The notes below the pieces were generated by a model that worked only from the letters and a program-made list of their open reading frames with translations, was not told the DNA's origin and did no database searches. A DNA stretch of 39,900 nucleotides from the sequence record SRR20825010_5116; one strand, given 5' to 3'. The position numbers were made by a program, and so were the translations under genes. Shown piece by piece: positions 37,786 through 39,900 of the stretch (positions are counted from its first letter, which is position 1; each line of letters begins with the position of its first letter).

Positions 37786-38577
37786 ATGACCAACACATAC
37801 TTTATATTGCTTTTTCTGATTATCCTCTGCCCCACTTTTGGCAATGGACAAATTAAAATGAACGAAGAATGTGAGATTGTACCCAAAGGACTAAAATCAT
37901 TGTCCTTCATTGTTGAACAAGGTGCTTTTGGTTCGCAAGAGATTGAAAAAAACTACTATACTGAAGACGGTTTGAAGTTCAAAACGGAATTCATTTTCGA
38001 TTCTTTATTGGTTAAAATTGACACTTTCATTTACAACAGTGAAAATAGACTGATTAGACGGGGAAGCTTAGATCCAACTTTTCATAGTCCATTCGAAGTG
38101 TCAGAGTTTTTCTACGATAATAATGGTTCGAATATCAGGACTATGAATACCTCCTTTACCTTGGTTTGGGTTGATTCAGTGAGCGTTGATACGAATTATA
38201 CACATACGCGATATGATTTTATTCGTGACGATAAAGGAAGATTTACGGAGAGAAAGATGTTCTACAGTTCAGATAGAGAACCTGTATTTGATCTTTCAAG
38301 GTTCGATATTACATTTCATCATTGGATAAATGATTCCGTAGTGGTCGTGGAAGATCATTATGCAAACACGATTGACTATCGCAAACAGTATTATCAGCAG
38401 CGCAGCTTGATTAGAACAGAGTTTCGAGATGCAAAAAATCGGGTAATTGATTTTTATGACTACGAATACACGGAATTTGACGGAAATGGATTTTGGTCGG
38501 TCTGTAAGATTTTTCTGAACAGAGACGGGAAAAGAACTCTTGTTAATACTCATCTACAAGAAGTCGAAATGTATTAG
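37786..38577 (+). CDS. Exported protein with YD/Rhs-like repeats
   Basis: Signal peptide; YTEDGL, YNSENRL, YDNNGS, RDDKGR, FDGNGFW. Confidence 0.7.
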   Translation: MTNTYFILLFLIILCPTFGNGQIKMNEECEIVPKGLKSLSFIVEQGAFGSQEIEKNYYTEDGLKFKTEFIFDSLLVKIDTFIYNSENRLIRRGSLDPTFHSPFEVSEFFYDNNGSNIRTMNTSFTLVWVDSVSVDTNYTHTRYDFIRDDKGRFTERKMFYSSDREPVFDLSRFDITFHHWINDSVVVVEDHYANTIDYRKQYYQQRSLIRTEFRDAKNRVIDFYDYEYTEFDGNGFWSVCKIFLNRDGKRTLVNTHLQEVEMY

Positions 38578-38626
38578 GCTACCAACAAAATTAATTGAGA
38601 ACGTTAGCTTTAGAAACAGATAACAA

Positions 38627-39205
38627 ATGGAAAATAAACTGATCAGCTATTTTTTAAAAATAACCAACTTAACGGAAGAAGAAATCAATGTTCTAACCGA
38701 AGGTATGATCGTAAGAAAATTCACCAAAGGCAGTTATATTGTAACGGAAGGACAGTTCAACAATGACACATTTTTCATTCTAGACGGACTTGTACGACAA
38801 CATAAAATAGTTGATGGAAATGATATAACGACAAACTTTTACTCCGAAGAACAATGGATTATTTCACTGGAAAACTTTGAAAAAAAAACACCTTCAAAGT
38901 ATTCTTTGATCTGCGTTGAAGACAGCACGGTTGTTACTGGAAACGAGCAAAAGGCGCAAGAGTTATTTAAACAATTCCCGCGATTCGAGACAATTTCACG
39001 ACAAATTATGGAAACTGTTTTTATGGAGCAACAAGATTTAATGACCTCGTATATTACTGACAAACCCGAAGTTCGTTATTTGAAATTATTAAAATCAAGA
39101 CCCGATATTTTTCAACGAGTTCCCCAATACGACATTGCGACTTACATTGGCGTAAAACCAGAATCATTGAGCAGAATCAGGAAGAAATTACAAACCAAAG
39201 GCTAA
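38627..39205 (+). CDS. Crp/Fnr family transcriptional regulator
   Basis: FFILDGLVR, PEVRY, VPQYDIATYIGVKPESLSRIRK. Confidence 0.93.
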   Translation: MENKLISYFLKITNLTEEEINVLTEGMIVRKFTKGSYIVTEGQFNNDTFFILDGLVRQHKIVDGNDITTNFYSEEQWIISLENFEKKTPSKYSLICVEDSTVVTGNEQKAQELFKQFPRFETISRQIMETVFMEQQDLMTSYITDKPEVRYLKLLKSRPDIFQRVPQYDIATYIGVKPESLSRIRKKLQTKG

Positions 39206-39606
39206 ACCAAGAGGCTTTCTTTTTCCCTCAACCACCTGATCGCGTACCAAACAATAAATAGGGTCGTTGCTATTTCGATAGCGGCAAAAAACAGGTAGTA
39301 CTTTGTAGTGCTTCCGATAAAAAGGGTCGCAAGCATCACCAACGTTTTCAAAGTTCCCGCGATAATATTTGCCCAACAGTTTTTCTTCTTACCCAAGGTT
39401 TTTGAAAGCAACACCATCGCAATTGGCACTTCCATTAGGATTCCCGCAAAAAGCAGAAAGTTTTCGTCAATCCTGAGTCCCTCAATGTTGCCTGTTAAAT
39501 ATTGCTTCAGAAGACTTGAATCCATCAGTCCAATTAAATCGCAGTACAAATAGTTTAGTGTGACGAAAATCCACAGCGTGGTCAATAATTCCTTCTTGTT
39601 TTTCAT
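39202..39606 (-). CDS. DUF6326-type membrane protein
   Basis: LWIFVTLNYLYCD, LMEVPIAMVLLS, WANIIAG, YYLFFAAIE. Confidence 0.8.
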   Translation of the reverse strand: MKNKKELLTTLWIFVTLNYLYCDLIGLMDSSLLKQYLTGNIEGLRIDENFLLFAGILMEVPIAMVLLSKTLGKKKNCWANIIAGTLKTLVMLATLFIGSTTKYYLFFAAIEIATTLFIVWYAIRWLREKESLLV

Positions 39607-39658
39607 TTGAATCTTTTAAAGTATGTCACAAAAGTCCTGAGATCTTGAATCGATTTCA

Positions 39659-39672
39659 TTGACTTTGGTTAA
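39659..39672 (-). promoter_or_regulatory. Imperfect palindrome TTAAC-CAAA-GTCAA, candidate Crp/Fnr-family box upstream of the DUF6326 gene
   Basis: FNR-like 5-4-5 layout; same spacing to a degenerate -7 element as the 31326 box. Confidence 0.6.
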
Positions 39673-39692
39673 GAAATGTTGAGCGTTCGATT

Positions 39693-39900
39693 CTATTTCT
39701 GCTTTGAAAACGGCATTTTGCTGTTGGAAAGTTTCAGCTCCCAATTTTGGGGATTATTCTTGATATAATTTGTGATGTTATCTAGTGCTCGGGAATTGCG
39801 TATGATTCTTTCATAATAATTCCTTTGCCAGATGGATTTATTGGGATTCATTTTCTTAAGGAGTTTAATCTCTTCTTCTGTCGGAGCGAATAGCAATTCT
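39693..39900 (-). mobile_element. 3' end of a REP-associated tyrosine transposase (RAYT, Y1 HUH / IS200-like), truncated by the window edge
   Basis: IWQRNYYERIIRN...YIKNNPQNW signature; the frame is open to the edge. Confidence 0.85.

Noticed and set aside
813-39553. Numerous short antisense or alternate-frame ORFs in the track (e.g. 813-1283, 8789-9211, 11107-11589, 14980-15381, 19583-19882, 22234-22497)
   Set aside because: They overlap well-supported genes or promoters and have no recognisable motifs; treated as shadow ORFs

Overview
AT-rich bacterial DNA of Bacteroidota type, probably Flavobacteriales (evidence: T9SS C-terminal domains, short RpoD, TAnnTTTG -7 promoter elements). The left part (1-18.7 kb) is mostly core genome: TonB-dependent receptor and MarR, NYN protein, Gly-rich T9SS protein, alpha/beta hydrolase, a translationally coupled minus-strand operon (dapF, hypothetical, GNAT, mltG, glycosylasparaginase, GH2 beta-mannosidase), a stand-alone SecD-P1-like lipoprotein, htrA, rpoD and gap. 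Right after the gap terminator comes a ~20.5 kb accessory run of about 30 co-oriented small genes, followed at the window edge by a truncated REP-associated tyrosine transposase. The best candidate for an undescribed system is a module of a Cys-rich SigZ-type ECF sigma factor, a PIG-L/BshB-like deacetylase and a Cys-tailed ArsM. It has no ArsR or anti-sigma gene in the window and has two matching ECF-type promoters (TGCGTC-N16-CGT), suggesting an arsenic-activated sigma switch. Other highlights: an orphan DUF4157 (eCIS-type) effector with a possible divergent ADP-ribosyltransferase-fold C-terminus; a Cys-tailed MarR/thioredoxin unit with four TTAGGAnTCCTAA operator copies; and two Crp/Fnr boxes at identical spacing from degenerate -7 elements. 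All family calls come from motif recognition by eye; no searches were run.
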